Assembly (NCBI GenBank): GCA_002269645.1
Contig: NIVC01000616.1
Location: forward strand, 310,001-374,000
Origin: Macrostomum lignano
Taxonomy: Eukaryota
DNA: 64,000 bases
Reading direction: 5' to 3'
Shown: positions 36,944-50,999 of the stretch, one piece after another
Position numbering within the stretch: the first letter of the stretch is position 1
Layout of the letters: each line of letters opens with the position of its first letter
Program-made: the position numbers and the translations under genes
The notes under the pieces: generated by a model
Databases searched by the model: none
What the model saw: only the letters and a program-made list of their open reading frames with translations
What the model was told of the DNA's origin: nothing

Positions 36944-38426
36944 TCACTGGCGTCTTAAATTGTTCAGCCGGGACTCCAGGTCGTCCAGGTCGCCGCCTCC
37001 GGCCGCGCCACCATCGGCACCGCCGGCAGCGGCGGCAGCGGCCGCGGGCTTCTTGGCGGCTCCGGCCGACTCGCCGATGGTTGAAGCGCCCGGCCCGATG
37101 CCCGCCAGCTCGCCAGTCAGCTCGATGCCCAGCTCGTCCAGCACCTTGGTGACCACCGCCTCCGTCTCTTCTTCGTCCTCGTCGCCGCCGATTGCGTCAT
37201 CAATGGCGTCGGACATCATCTCCTCCTTCATGTCCATGATCTCCGACTCCTTCTCGAACTGGGCCATGATCTGCTGCAGCTGCGGCAGGTTCATCGTCTT
37301 GTTCATCCGCTGCATGGTCTTGGTGACGCCCTTCATGGCCTGCGCCATCTGATTGGTGGAGCGGAGGGTCTGGATCTTCAAGCTGATGGCCTGGATGTTG
37401 GCCCGCATCAGGATGAACTTCTTCACGTAGTTTCTGGTGCGCACCTGGACAGGGTTGGCGTTCGTTCGAGTTTGGGAGTTTGTGTTTAGGAAGAGTTTAT
37501 TACGTAGCGTTAAGTTGCAAGAATGTTCCTGAGCAGTTGGAGGGCGATTCTCGGGGCAGTTAGAGGGCGATTCTCGGGGGCAGTTGGAGGGCGATTCTCG
37601 GGGCAGTTAGAGGTCGATTCTCGGGGCAGTTGGAGGGCGATTCTCGGGGGCAGTTAGAGGGCGATTCTCGGGGGCAGTTAGAGGGCGATTCTCGAGGCAG
37701 TTAGAGGGCGATTCTCGGGGGCAGTTAGAGGGCGATTCTCGGGGCAGTTAGAGGGCGATTCTCGGGGGCAGTTAGAGGGCGATTCTCGAGGCAGTTAGAG
37801 GGCGATTCTCGGGGGCAGTTAGAGGGCGATTCTCGGGGGCAGTTAGAGGGCGATTCTCGGGGCAGTTAGAGGGCGATTCTCGGGGGCAGTTAGAGGGCGA
37901 TTCTCGAGGCAGTTAGAGGGCGATTCTCGGGGGCAGTTAGAGGGCGATTCTCGAGGCAGTTAGAGGGCGATTCTCGGGCAGTTGGAGGGCGATTCTCGGG
38001 GGCAGTTAGAGAGCGATTCTCGAGGCAGTTAGAGGGCGATTCTCGGGGCAGTTGGAGGGCGATTCTCGGAGGAGTTGGAGGGCGATTCTCGGGGCAGTTG
38101 GAGGGCGATTCTCGGGGCATTGAGAGGGCGATTCTCGGGGCAGTTAAAGGGCGATTCTCGGGGCAGTTAAGAGGGAGATTCTCCCAGCATCAGAGGAATG
38201 AGGATCCAAGTTCTCAACTCACCAAATCCTTGGCCATAATCTTCACAGCGTCCATCTGCCCCTGTTTGGCCAGCTTCTTTATATCGGCGATCACCTTCTT
38301 CTCCTGCTGTTCCATCCGGTTTTTCTCGCGGTCCAGATCGCGCATTGCCCGGTTGAGCGCGCGCTGGTTCTGGCGCAGCATCTCCTCTGGCGTCTTCTTC
38401 CGGCCGAACAGAAACTCCAGCGGCAT
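36944..38426 (-). CDS. CHMP2A: Charged multivesicular body protein 2A (ESCRT-III, Vps2)
   Basis: Two exons, 38426-38223 (MPLEFLFGRKKTPEEMLRQNQRALNRAMRDLDRE...KIMAKDL) and 37444-36944 (VRTRNYVKKFILMRANIQA...DLESRLNNLRRQ, MIM), joined by a GT-AG phase-0 intron. Confidence 0.97.
37530..38185. repeat. 22-23-bp minisatellite (GGGCAGTTAGAGGGCGATTCTCG) in the CHMP2A intron
   Basis: About 28 tandem units. Confidence 0.95.
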
Positions 38427-41400
38427 GATGGCTATAAAGCGAGGCAGTGACCAATTAGTGAATTGCTTCTATTAAACAAAGAGTCTAAGTACTGCTCATG
38501 ATTTACATCAAAAATCTGTTTTTTAAATCCATGATAATTGATATTTGATAATAACAAAATTAGCTTTAAACTACACAGCTGATTAACTGCACTCAAAGCC
38601 TCAAATATCAAAGAAAAGAATTTTTTAATTAGTATAAAAATCCTGCTTTTATAATGAGATCTAATGGCATAATATTTAAGCTAGGTATTTTGCCTGACTA
38701 TCAAATTAGATGATTTTTTTCGAGAAATGATAGAATTAATTATTAGAATGTCCTGTACAAGCTAAGAATTTTGAACTTTGATGCATTTTCAAGGACCCAA
38801 TCTAATAAAAAACTGTAAAAACTTTCAACTAGCTCTATAACAGGTTATATAAGAAGGCCTGCTCCAATTAAATTTATTTTGGACAACATTTGGCTAACAT
38901 TTGGCTTAACATTAGACAAACCCAATATTTTAAATAATAATATTAATATATTTTCTAATACCATTTTCTTCTAGTCTAGACCTTAATTTTTAGACCAAAG
39001 CAAATTGTTTTCCATCTTTAAAAATAAAAAGTAGTCTTAGTACAAAACAATATATTACCTTAATATATATATAAACTAATATATTACCTTGGTTTAGGCA
39101 CTTATTTAAACATAGGCCTATTTTATGTTTGGGTTTCCTGACAGGCGACAGATACTTTGTTACAGATATTTTTTTCTTTCAAACAGATAATTTAAACAAA
39201 AAATGATTTAATGTTTTGGGATATTCTACTTACTCTGATGCCACATTCAGCTTTAAAATTTTATAAGTAGACATTTTCTGTCCTAACGAAAAAAAATGGC
39301 ATGAATACAGTGTCAAAACATACATGCACAACATTGGGAATCACTCAGCCATTTCTATTGGCAACACATATGTAAGTCACTATTGGCTGAGAGCAGTCAC
39401 GTGACTACTATTCTATCCAATAGTGACTTACATGTATTTGTTGCCAATAGAAATAGCTGGGTGAATCCCTAGGTTGAACCCAATGGCCCAAGCATGTATC
39501 AAAAGATAAATTCAGTAGCACCCCTTACAAACACATTTTGGAAACAAATATCTTGGGAAATACAAAAGACAATCATGTGTCTAAGATGTCATTGCAAAGC
39601 TGAGACATGCATCAAAAAGTGATAAAAGTTTTTAGAGCAAATAATTAAAGCATAGAAACAGCCATAAATCAATTTTTGGTTGATTGTAGGTGGTTAAAGA
39701 TTGTTGATTAACTTAAATCAAATGGCTAGACCTAGCTAAACTGACTCTAGAGACATATGGCTAGCTTACTGGCTATGGTTTGATATCAGCATTACAGCAT
39801 ATAAGGTAGGTAAGCCTATGTTAGGGTAAAGCTAATACTAAATATTTATAGATAGCCTAAGATAGGCCTAGGCTTAGCCTAGGGCCTATAACTAGATTTT
39901 TATTTAAAATTTAAGATATACATTGGCAAATCAACTATTACTGTGCACTGCAGGATAGCCTAATTGAGTAATGACTCAATATCAGTCCTTGATGCTTGCA
40001 CTAGCTGGCCTGGCCAATGCTAAGTCATACAATTGAGGCAAGGGATCTAGGTAAACTTGTCAACTTTTTATTCATTAACTATGTTGACAAGTTTACCACA
40101 GTTTGTACAGCGTATAATTAATGTGCAGCATAATAAAGTGTATCAAAGTTAGAGATGCAAACAAAAGCAAAAGCAATATAAAGTTTTAATTTGTATATGT
40201 ATAAAAAAGAAATATTTAACATTCTTTTATTAAATTAAAATTAGTAAAACTGATTGACATTGAAATTGAACAAGATTTGGGATCATAACTAGATCTTTTT
40301 TTAGATCTAGACGTCTAAACTAATTGCTGTTACCCTTCTTGTTGTTTACATGGAAGATTCTTGGTTTTATTGTTTTTTTAATTTTATTGAATATTGTATC
40401 TCATATTTTATCACTTTTGTAAATGGTAGAATGCTAGGTGGTATGCGCTACTGTCTCTTTTCTAGTCAATCTATCAAAAAGACATTCTAGCAACAGAAGA
40501 TCTGCCAATCTGGCAACAGTAAAGGCATGGTCCTGTGCCTAAAAATCAGCATTACAATGACACGGCTTAGTTCATTGGTTTTATGAATCTATTTTATCTG
40601 TCTGTCTATTAAAATAGCTGCACATACTATATAGTGCTGACGAATTTACTACCAGTTGACAAATTTACCAGTTGATGAATTTACCATACAGCTAGGCCAC
40701 TTGATGAAAAAAAGTTGACAAGTTTACCAGCACCTGAGGTGGGGGCATTTTGCAAAAGAAATTGTTTTATCATTAGTTGACACCAATGAAATGAGTCCAT
40801 TTAGCAGTGTGAATTGCTGCCTGCATTGAGTTCGGGTTCCAGGAAATTTTGTCAACAGGCAATGCATCAACTAGCATTTTGTTAATTGGCATTTTGTCAA
40901 TTGGACTTTATGCCATATGGCAACTGGACATTTGGTTCCAGCCAAATATTATTTGTCTGTCATGTTAAGCCATTAACATTAACATTTTGAAGTTTAAGTT
41001 TTGAGTTCTAGTTTTATCATAGAGAATATTGAAACTGGAACCATGTGCATGGTATGGTATTCCTATCCAAACAAATGAACAACCATGGATTTCTATGTTT
41101 TATAGCCTATAGCGGCTATGCCTATAGGTGTATTTTGCAGAGTGAACTATATCTAGTAGCCGTAGTAGGTATGTTAGTATCTGTGGTACCAGTTAATTTT
41201 AAAAGTAGATGAATAGCTAAAATTTAAGGGTAAGGAATACTGCCCACACTAAGAGACACAAAGAGAAGAAGGATATGAAGTATAAAAATGCGAATAAATT
41301 CGTAGGACCAAACATTTCTACGAAAATTTGCTTCTAAGAAATATCCACGTTTAAAACAAATTGACATCGCATTACCACTTCTCAAATTCCCTGGCTGGTG

Positions 41401-41509
41401 CAGTTACAATAATTAGCTGCAATTTGCTGAGTTGCCTTCATGACTGGTTGACGAAATGCCGGTTGACGAAATGGCGGCTGACGAAATGTCCGGTCACATG
41501 AGTTCATGC

Positions 41510-41680
41510 GCGTCAGACATGTCCCCCCAGTAAAAGAAATGGGGGGACATGCCAATTCTTTGACCCCCCCATACCCCACCTTGTGACCCGGGTCGAGGTA
41601 ATAATCAATAATAATCAATAATTTTTCTTCAGGGCGCAGAATAAAGCGCTTTGGGCGCCAAAATGGGTGCCTACGGCGCT
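41510..41680. mobile_element. Degenerate fragment of the 14900-15176 MITE family
   Basis: GACATGTCCCCCCAGTAAAA...GGGGGGACATGCCAAT and GGCGCCAAAATGGGTGCCTACGGCGC match internal parts of the MITE. Confidence 0.6.
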
Positions 41681-42245
41681 GTCGGAACCGGGGTGGGGGG
41701 CACGGGGGTGGGGCTGGAGGCCCCCTCTCATTTTAGCATGATCCTGCAAGTGCCCCTTTGACATTTAAACAAGTGTTGGTCGGTTTTGGGCTTTGGCTTT
41801 TCTGAGCCTTGGGATGGTAGCTAAGGGTACAACTGCGCATGGAGCGAGAGGGCACCGTTGCTACACCCTAAGAGATCAATGTACATGTAAGAATAAAGAA
41901 CGTACAGCGGCCAGTGGGTAGGGATGGGTAAACCTCTTATTTCGCCGATTCTCGTTTCGCCGATTCTCGTTTTGCCGAATCTCATTTTGCCGATTCTCGG
42001 TTGGCCGAAATTCTCATTTGCACGGATTCTCGTTTGGCCGAAATAATTTTATATATTTTAACATTTATATATTTTCATAACCATCTGGAACATTAGACCA
42101 TCGACAACTACACTAATTCAAGTGTCTCTGCAAGATCAGACTATGCAGAAGGAAGAATTCTTGATTTAAAATTTATTTTTCAAGCCATTTAGACATCTAT
42201 AGGCTTGAATCTATCTACACATCTATACATCTATATATCTACAAG

Positions 42246-43349
42246 CAGTGTTGGGCACTTCCGTTACCGAGTAACTTGCAAATGGTAACGCAAGTTACTT
42301 TTTCGTAAAGCGTTCCTTACGCAAGTTACTTTTTTATTTTAGTAACGGAGTAACGGTAAGTTACTCAAATTTCGGAAGTCCGTTACAGTTACTTTGCAAC
42401 AATCGCAATATTTAAATTAAAAACTGAAATGCTTAGCTAGTACGCCGGTTGTCACATGTTTTTGCATTTTTCATTCATAAATTCAAAATTAAGTGAATAG
42501 TATCATATGGTATTGCGTTTAATTAATGAAGAAATACTTGAAACATGTATTACTTTGTTAATATTGGTAAAATATTTTCGCCTTTCATTGAGGCTTTTCA
42601 TATTACCAATTCCAGAATCAGAATCGGTTCGGATCTTCCAAGAAAAACAGCAGTATAACTATTTAATTCTGTTGAATGTTTGACTGCCTTAACAACCTCA
42701 CATAGCACAATTTTTCACTTTCTTCTTAGCGATTTTCATTCAATAATAAAAACTTTATAGCACGTATCTCCCTCTAGTTATGGAGACAAAAAGTTATACT
42801 TCACAAATTGGTTCTGATTCTGGAACCAGAACTAGCTATATGAAAAGGCCCATTTTCGTTACTAAAAATTTTCAAGTTTGATTCAAACAAACAACCAAAG
42901 AAAGAAATTCATCTGTAGCCTCCACAAGTCCCTCCACTGGCACTGCAGTACACTACACCATTTTATACAGTTCTATTTATTTTACTCTATTGAATTATTG
43001 ATATTCGTTTATTTTATCATTTATAATTTTAATTATTGATTGCCATTGCCCATTGGTCCTTCTATTTGCCTCACATCGTGTCGCCAATTCCTGTCTCTGT
43101 CTGTTAATCGGTTAATCCCAATGCCCAATGGCAAATTTCGGTAACAACAATGTGAAAAAATGTGCAATGTGAAAAAAGCAGAAAATTTTGTTAATAACAT
43201 GGGTAACGGAAGTGAGTAACGGACAGTAACTTAAAAGTTACCAGGTTTTTGTCTAAAGTTACTAGGCTAACGTAAGTTACTTTTTAAAAATTGGTAACTT
43301 AAGTTACAGTAACGCAAGTTACTTTTTTTAAGTAACTTGCCCAACACTG
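42246..43349. mobile_element. Non-autonomous hAT element, 1104 bp
   Basis: TIRs CAGTGTTGGGCA ... TGCCCAACACTG, a perfect 8-bp TSD TCTACAAG at 42238-42245 and 43350-43357, and many subterminal GTAAC/GTTAC motifs. Confidence 0.9.
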
Positions 43350-43357
43350 TCTACAAG

Positions 43358-44135
43358 CCATAAAGACAAACTTTTTACCCCAAGGGCCAGATTGAGAACC
43401 TAGCGCATGACTGTCAGGGACTTCTGGGCCCGCTTCGCTGGGAAATACGAGCGAAAGGAGAAAGGAGAGGCGAAGGAATAAAGGAGAAGAGAGTAGACGA
43501 GAGGAGAGATGAAATAGGAGAGGAGAGGGGAGATAAATGAGGAGAGGAGAGACAAAATAGAAGAGTGAGGGGGGAAGGAGAGGAGAGAAGAGTGAAGAGA
43601 GAAGAGAATGGAGAGTAAAAAGGGAGATGAGAGGAGTGAAGAGAGGAGAGGAGAGAGGTGAGGAGATGAGAGGAGAGGATAGGAGAGAGGTGAGGAGATG
43701 AGAGGAGAGGATAGAGGTGAGGAGAGGAGAGAGATAAGGAGATGAGAGGAGAGAAGAGGAGAGAGGTGAGGAGATGAGAGGAGAGGAGAGAGGTGAGGAG
43801 AGGAGAGAGGTGAGGAGATGAGAGGAGAGGAGAGAGGTGAGGAGATGAGAGGAGAGGAGAGAGGTGAGGAGATGAGAGGAGAGGAGAGAGGTGAGGAGAT
43901 GAGAGGAGAGGATAGAGGTGAGGAGATGAGAGGAGAGGATAGAGGTGAGGAGATGAGAGGAGAGGATAGAGGTTAGGAGAGGACAGGAGGGAATATGAGA
44001 AGAGTGAGATGAGAGAAGAGATACAAACCCTGAGCGGGCCGGATTGCTATTGTGAAGATTCAAAGGACCTGAGGGCCGATTAGAGAGGCTTTGCGTGCCG
44101 CATGTGGCCCGCGGGCCAGAGATTGACAACCAATG
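43358..44135. mobile_element. Possible decayed hAT/Charlie-like element enclosing a GA-rich repeat (43450-44020)
   Basis: The ends resemble hAT termini (ACAAACTTTTTACCCAAGGGCCAGATT; CATGTGGCCCGCGGGCCAGAGATTGACAACCAATG). TIR and TSD are not clean. Confidence 0.35.
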
Positions 44136-44524
44136 TTTTAGTATTTAGCCCTTTTACTTTGGCGTTTAGCTGTTATTAAAATTCCGAGTCTGCCGCAATC
44201 CAAAGACTTAATTACCACTGCTGGCGCTGCAACCAAAATCACTAAAATGCCGTCAGCTAAAAGAATAAAGAGACAATTGAAGAGATCCAGAAAATTAACT
44301 GGTCTTGCCCTTCCAATTTTCATTCACTAAATAAATTGATAGTTCAGTACAGACGACGTTGCGCAATGTCTGAATTTGTTGAAAATTCGAGCCTTTTCAG
44401 ACTTTTGGCTATACTTCCAACACAGAATTGAATTTTGGCCTGGTTGTCACAGGTGCCCTTAAAGATAAAAAATTATGTTCAATGTGCAGCCCTCCCCCCA
44501 CTTTGAAATATGTTCCGACACCGC

Positions 44525-44691
44525 TGGTGCCTGCGGCTTCAAAATGAGTACCTGCGGCGCTAATGTAGAATGAGCGTTGACAACACGATTCTCACAATAA
44601 TGGAAATGTTGAATTTAGTCATGTACCATGTAACATGTTAAATTCTTGGTTTTGTCCTCCCGCCATAAAATCCATATGGCGACGCCCCCTG
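44525..44691. mobile_element. 3' half of another copy of the 14900-15176 MITE family
   Basis: AAAATGAGTACCTGCGGCGC...AATGAGCGTTGACAACAC...CCATAAAATCCATATGGCGACGCCCCCTG matches 15045-15176. Confidence 0.75.
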
Positions 44692-45697
44692 CCTGAGTTC
44701 GCACGATAATGCCGGACGAAAATCGCGCAGTTAAACCTCGTGAAAATCCGCCGGGTTTCTCCGTCTGCCGGGGTCCTCAATTCCGGGGGGGGAGGTTACT
44801 CCTGTCGTGATCGAGCGGTCGTAAATTTGGCACAGTCGTTCAGGTTCTCTGTCACCCGAGTTCAATGTACGTCGATTTGCGTTAGTGCTTACTAAGAGTA
44901 GCGTATGCTGCCGCCACCGTAATTAAGGTATTACAGACCATTGCATTATAGCTTCTCAGAGCTCGTTTGGAGTTTGAGAAATTGGTTGTTTTACGCCCCA
45001 CGGGCAAAGTATTCAAGATAAATGCTATCTGGTTTGTTGATCAAAGAATAAATATTACTTGATTCGGTTTATTGTTCAGCTGAATATCGATCAATACCAG
45101 ACAATGATTAAGTTCGGCGATGACCAAACGCACGGGAATGAAGCCTGCATGCAGAGCCGCAGTGCGGTTGAGGCTAAGGTTTTAAAGAGCTGAGAGCAAA
45201 TAAGTCACCGGAAAGTTACAAGTTAAGCAAGTACATGTATAAATAGCAGATTAATGAGTCAGGGAAAATGGTCAAATAACGAGGTAAAACCAAGTCGAAG
45301 TACATGAACATGTAATGCGCTGGTGTACTACCGGTCGTTAAATATCAAGAGAAAATTCATGCAATGAAAAAGGGGTTTACACGGTGGGCATAGAGGGGTT
45401 CCGGCTATGGGCCACGCAAGCCCTACACACACACACGGTCACGGCCAGAAGACACAGCAAAAGAAGAAGAATAACAAAAGCAAAAGGGCCAAAAAGAGGG
45501 GATGGCGAAGGACCAAAACGCTGAAAACCAAAATCAGGAAAGGGAAGGGAAGATGACCGAAATTTTCATCATCGGGTGCACTTCAGGGTGGTGGAATTTG
45601 GCCGAACCTGGATAGAAAAGTTCAAACGAAAAAGAACACGAGTGGTAGTTAAAATGCCTGTCTCGGCTTACACTACTCTGGGTGCCGGGTCCTCTTG

Positions 45698-46573
45698 TCA
45701 TTGTTGGCCGGTGGCATTTCCTCCGCGTCGGGCCCGGCTGCCGCCTCGGGCCTTCGCTGAGCTGGCCACGCGGGCACTTCTGAGCATCTGCTCCAGCGTC
45801 AGCAGAGGGGCCTGCCCGTAGGCGGCGACGTGGTCAACGGCGATTCCAAGCATGCTGCAGGCGAGGCCTATCTGGGGGCCGTTGGTTTCTACCCGGAGAT
45901 GGTCGCCAAGGATGTCGGCGGCGACGTCGACTGCCAGCACGGCAGCATGGGGGCCGTATCGACTGGCGAGGCGGCTCCAGTGGCGGCAGTCGCTCACCTG
46001 GTCGAGGTTGGTCAAATCGCGCAACTCCCACAGTAGGAGCTCCACCAGTAGCTGAGCCGGGGCGGCCGGGGCTTCTCTGGCAGCGTCCGATCCCGGGGGC
46101 CAGCCTAGGATGTCGACTGACTGGCCGTCGTGGCTGACATATAGTCGCTCTGGCCTCTTCTCCAGTGCCGTGTCCCAGAAAGCACGGAGACGGGGCATCC
46201 ATCCGGTCCGTAGATGGCCGGCCTCCCAGTAGGCCAGGGTCACAAATAACGCCAGGGCCGGTCGCGGCCGTCCCCACTGCTGCACACAATTCTCGGCTCG
46301 TTGTAGTAGGCTGCCGAGAACGTCCCGCGTTAGGTCAGGTCCCATCCGGCGGCACATGGCCCGCCAGGGCCCGTCGACTTGCACCCGGCCCTTTCGGGCG
46401 GCTTGATAATAGGCTTCATCAAGGGCCGCTGTCAGGTGGGCACGAGCTAGCGCAGGGTTGGCTTCGGTGGCAGTGTTGGCGGCTGCCGTCAGAGCTTCGG
46501 CCGGTCGGAGCCACGGGGCCCGCGGTGGTGTCGGCACCAGCGGCGGCTTCTCTTCCATAGGAGTGTCGTCCAT
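45698..46573 (-). CDS. Intronless orphan ORF, about 291 aa from the first ATG (MDDTPMEEKPP...), function unknown
   Basis: A GC-rich, non-repetitive ORF with globular-looking Trp/Leu/Ala/Arg composition. The upstream sequence is acceptor-like (CTTGATCTTAG). No motif recognised. Confidence 0.5.
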   Translation of the reverse strand: MDDTPMEEKPPLVPTPPRAPWLRPAEALTAAANTATEANPALARAHLTAALDEAYYQAARKGRVQVDGPWRAMCRRMGPDLTRDVLGSLLQRAENCVQQWGRPRPALALFVTLAYWEAGHLRTGWMPRLRAFWDTALEKRPERLYVSHDGQSVDILGWPPGSDAAREAPAAPAQLLVELLLWELRDLTNLDQVSDCRHWSRLASRYGPHAAVLAVDVAADILGDHLRVETNGPQIGLACSMLGIAVDHVAAYGQAPLLTLEQMLRSARVASSAKARGGSRARRGGNATGQQ

Positions 46574-47612
46574 GTCGATGCAGGCAGGCAAGCAATGAAC
46601 TAAGATCAAGCAAAGAATAAGCAATAGGAAAAATTAACAGGGGGTGGCTAAATAGGAGGGCAAAAAATACAATATTTAACGCAGCCGATGAGAAGTAATT
46701 GACGAAGGCTGTGCTGTGGGAAAAATCACGAGCCGGTCAGCTTGCACCTTAAATACTCGGAGGCGGTCCAACCGTTGGACAAAATAGGTCCAACCGTTGG
46801 AAATGCAGCACCCCGCGTGTACTCTGCTGGGGGCACGCATGGAGGTGGGGTGGGGGATGAAAACCAAGGAGCAATAAAATTCCGCGAGATAGGGGGGTCT
46901 GGCGCCTCCTATCTGGGGTTGAGGCTGCGGTATCAGTTTGATTTTAAAAGGAGGGGTGAGTTAGTTGAAGGGGCCAAGCATTTCATATAAACATAGGGTT
47001 AGAAAACTGACTGTAAAGGAGTCGGGGCTCCTATTAGTTATTGTGATAACCGAAATAGTCAGCGCAGATCTCCATAAGGGAGTTACAACAAAGGGCACAA
47101 ATCGCAAAGGGCACTGGGGATTGGCGGCAACAACTGCGGGCCGCCCGCACAGCAAATTTCCCACGCTCGAAGTGAAACGCAGATTGGGGCCACAGTTCAC
47201 CTCAAATGCCCCACCGGGAATTCAAGGCCTTGCTTAAACAAAGGGGCCTGACCCGACCCGAGTGCGGCTGGCAAAAGTTTAGTTTGAACTTTTAGCGTTA
47301 ATTGCAAAATTTGGAAGAAAATACCTCAGCCCAGTAATGGCTACTGAGAAGGTTCTCAAATAAAATTTCATTTTGCCTAAAGCATAAGGGAAAAGGGGAG
47401 AGAGACTTTCAGCACTTTGACCGTGTGCAGAGAAAGTGTTCTGAGTCAGAGTTCAGGGGGTTTTCGCGAAGCAATCGAACAAAAGGTCTTCCATAACGCA
47501 GAGGATAAATATGAGAACGCTAAAGTGCATGCTTTACCGCGCATAAGGATAAATATGAAGCAAAGCAAGGAAGCAAAGCATAAGGATAAATATGAAGCGC
47601 AAAAATGAGCAT

Positions 47613-50798
<3,186 letters not shown>

Positions 50799-50999
50799 CG
50801 CAAAATTAATATATAGACTGCTTTTACCCTCGACTCTCGAGCATAAGGTCACATTAGAAAAACTGAAACGCTGCTTTCAACACGTTTAGGAGAAATCTTA
50901 CAATAACAGCAAGGTAAAATCGGGCGCAATTCGCAAATACGACTGCTAATAATAACGCGCGCAAAATTAACAGTTGGTTTCTAAGGCTCAAATTTAATT

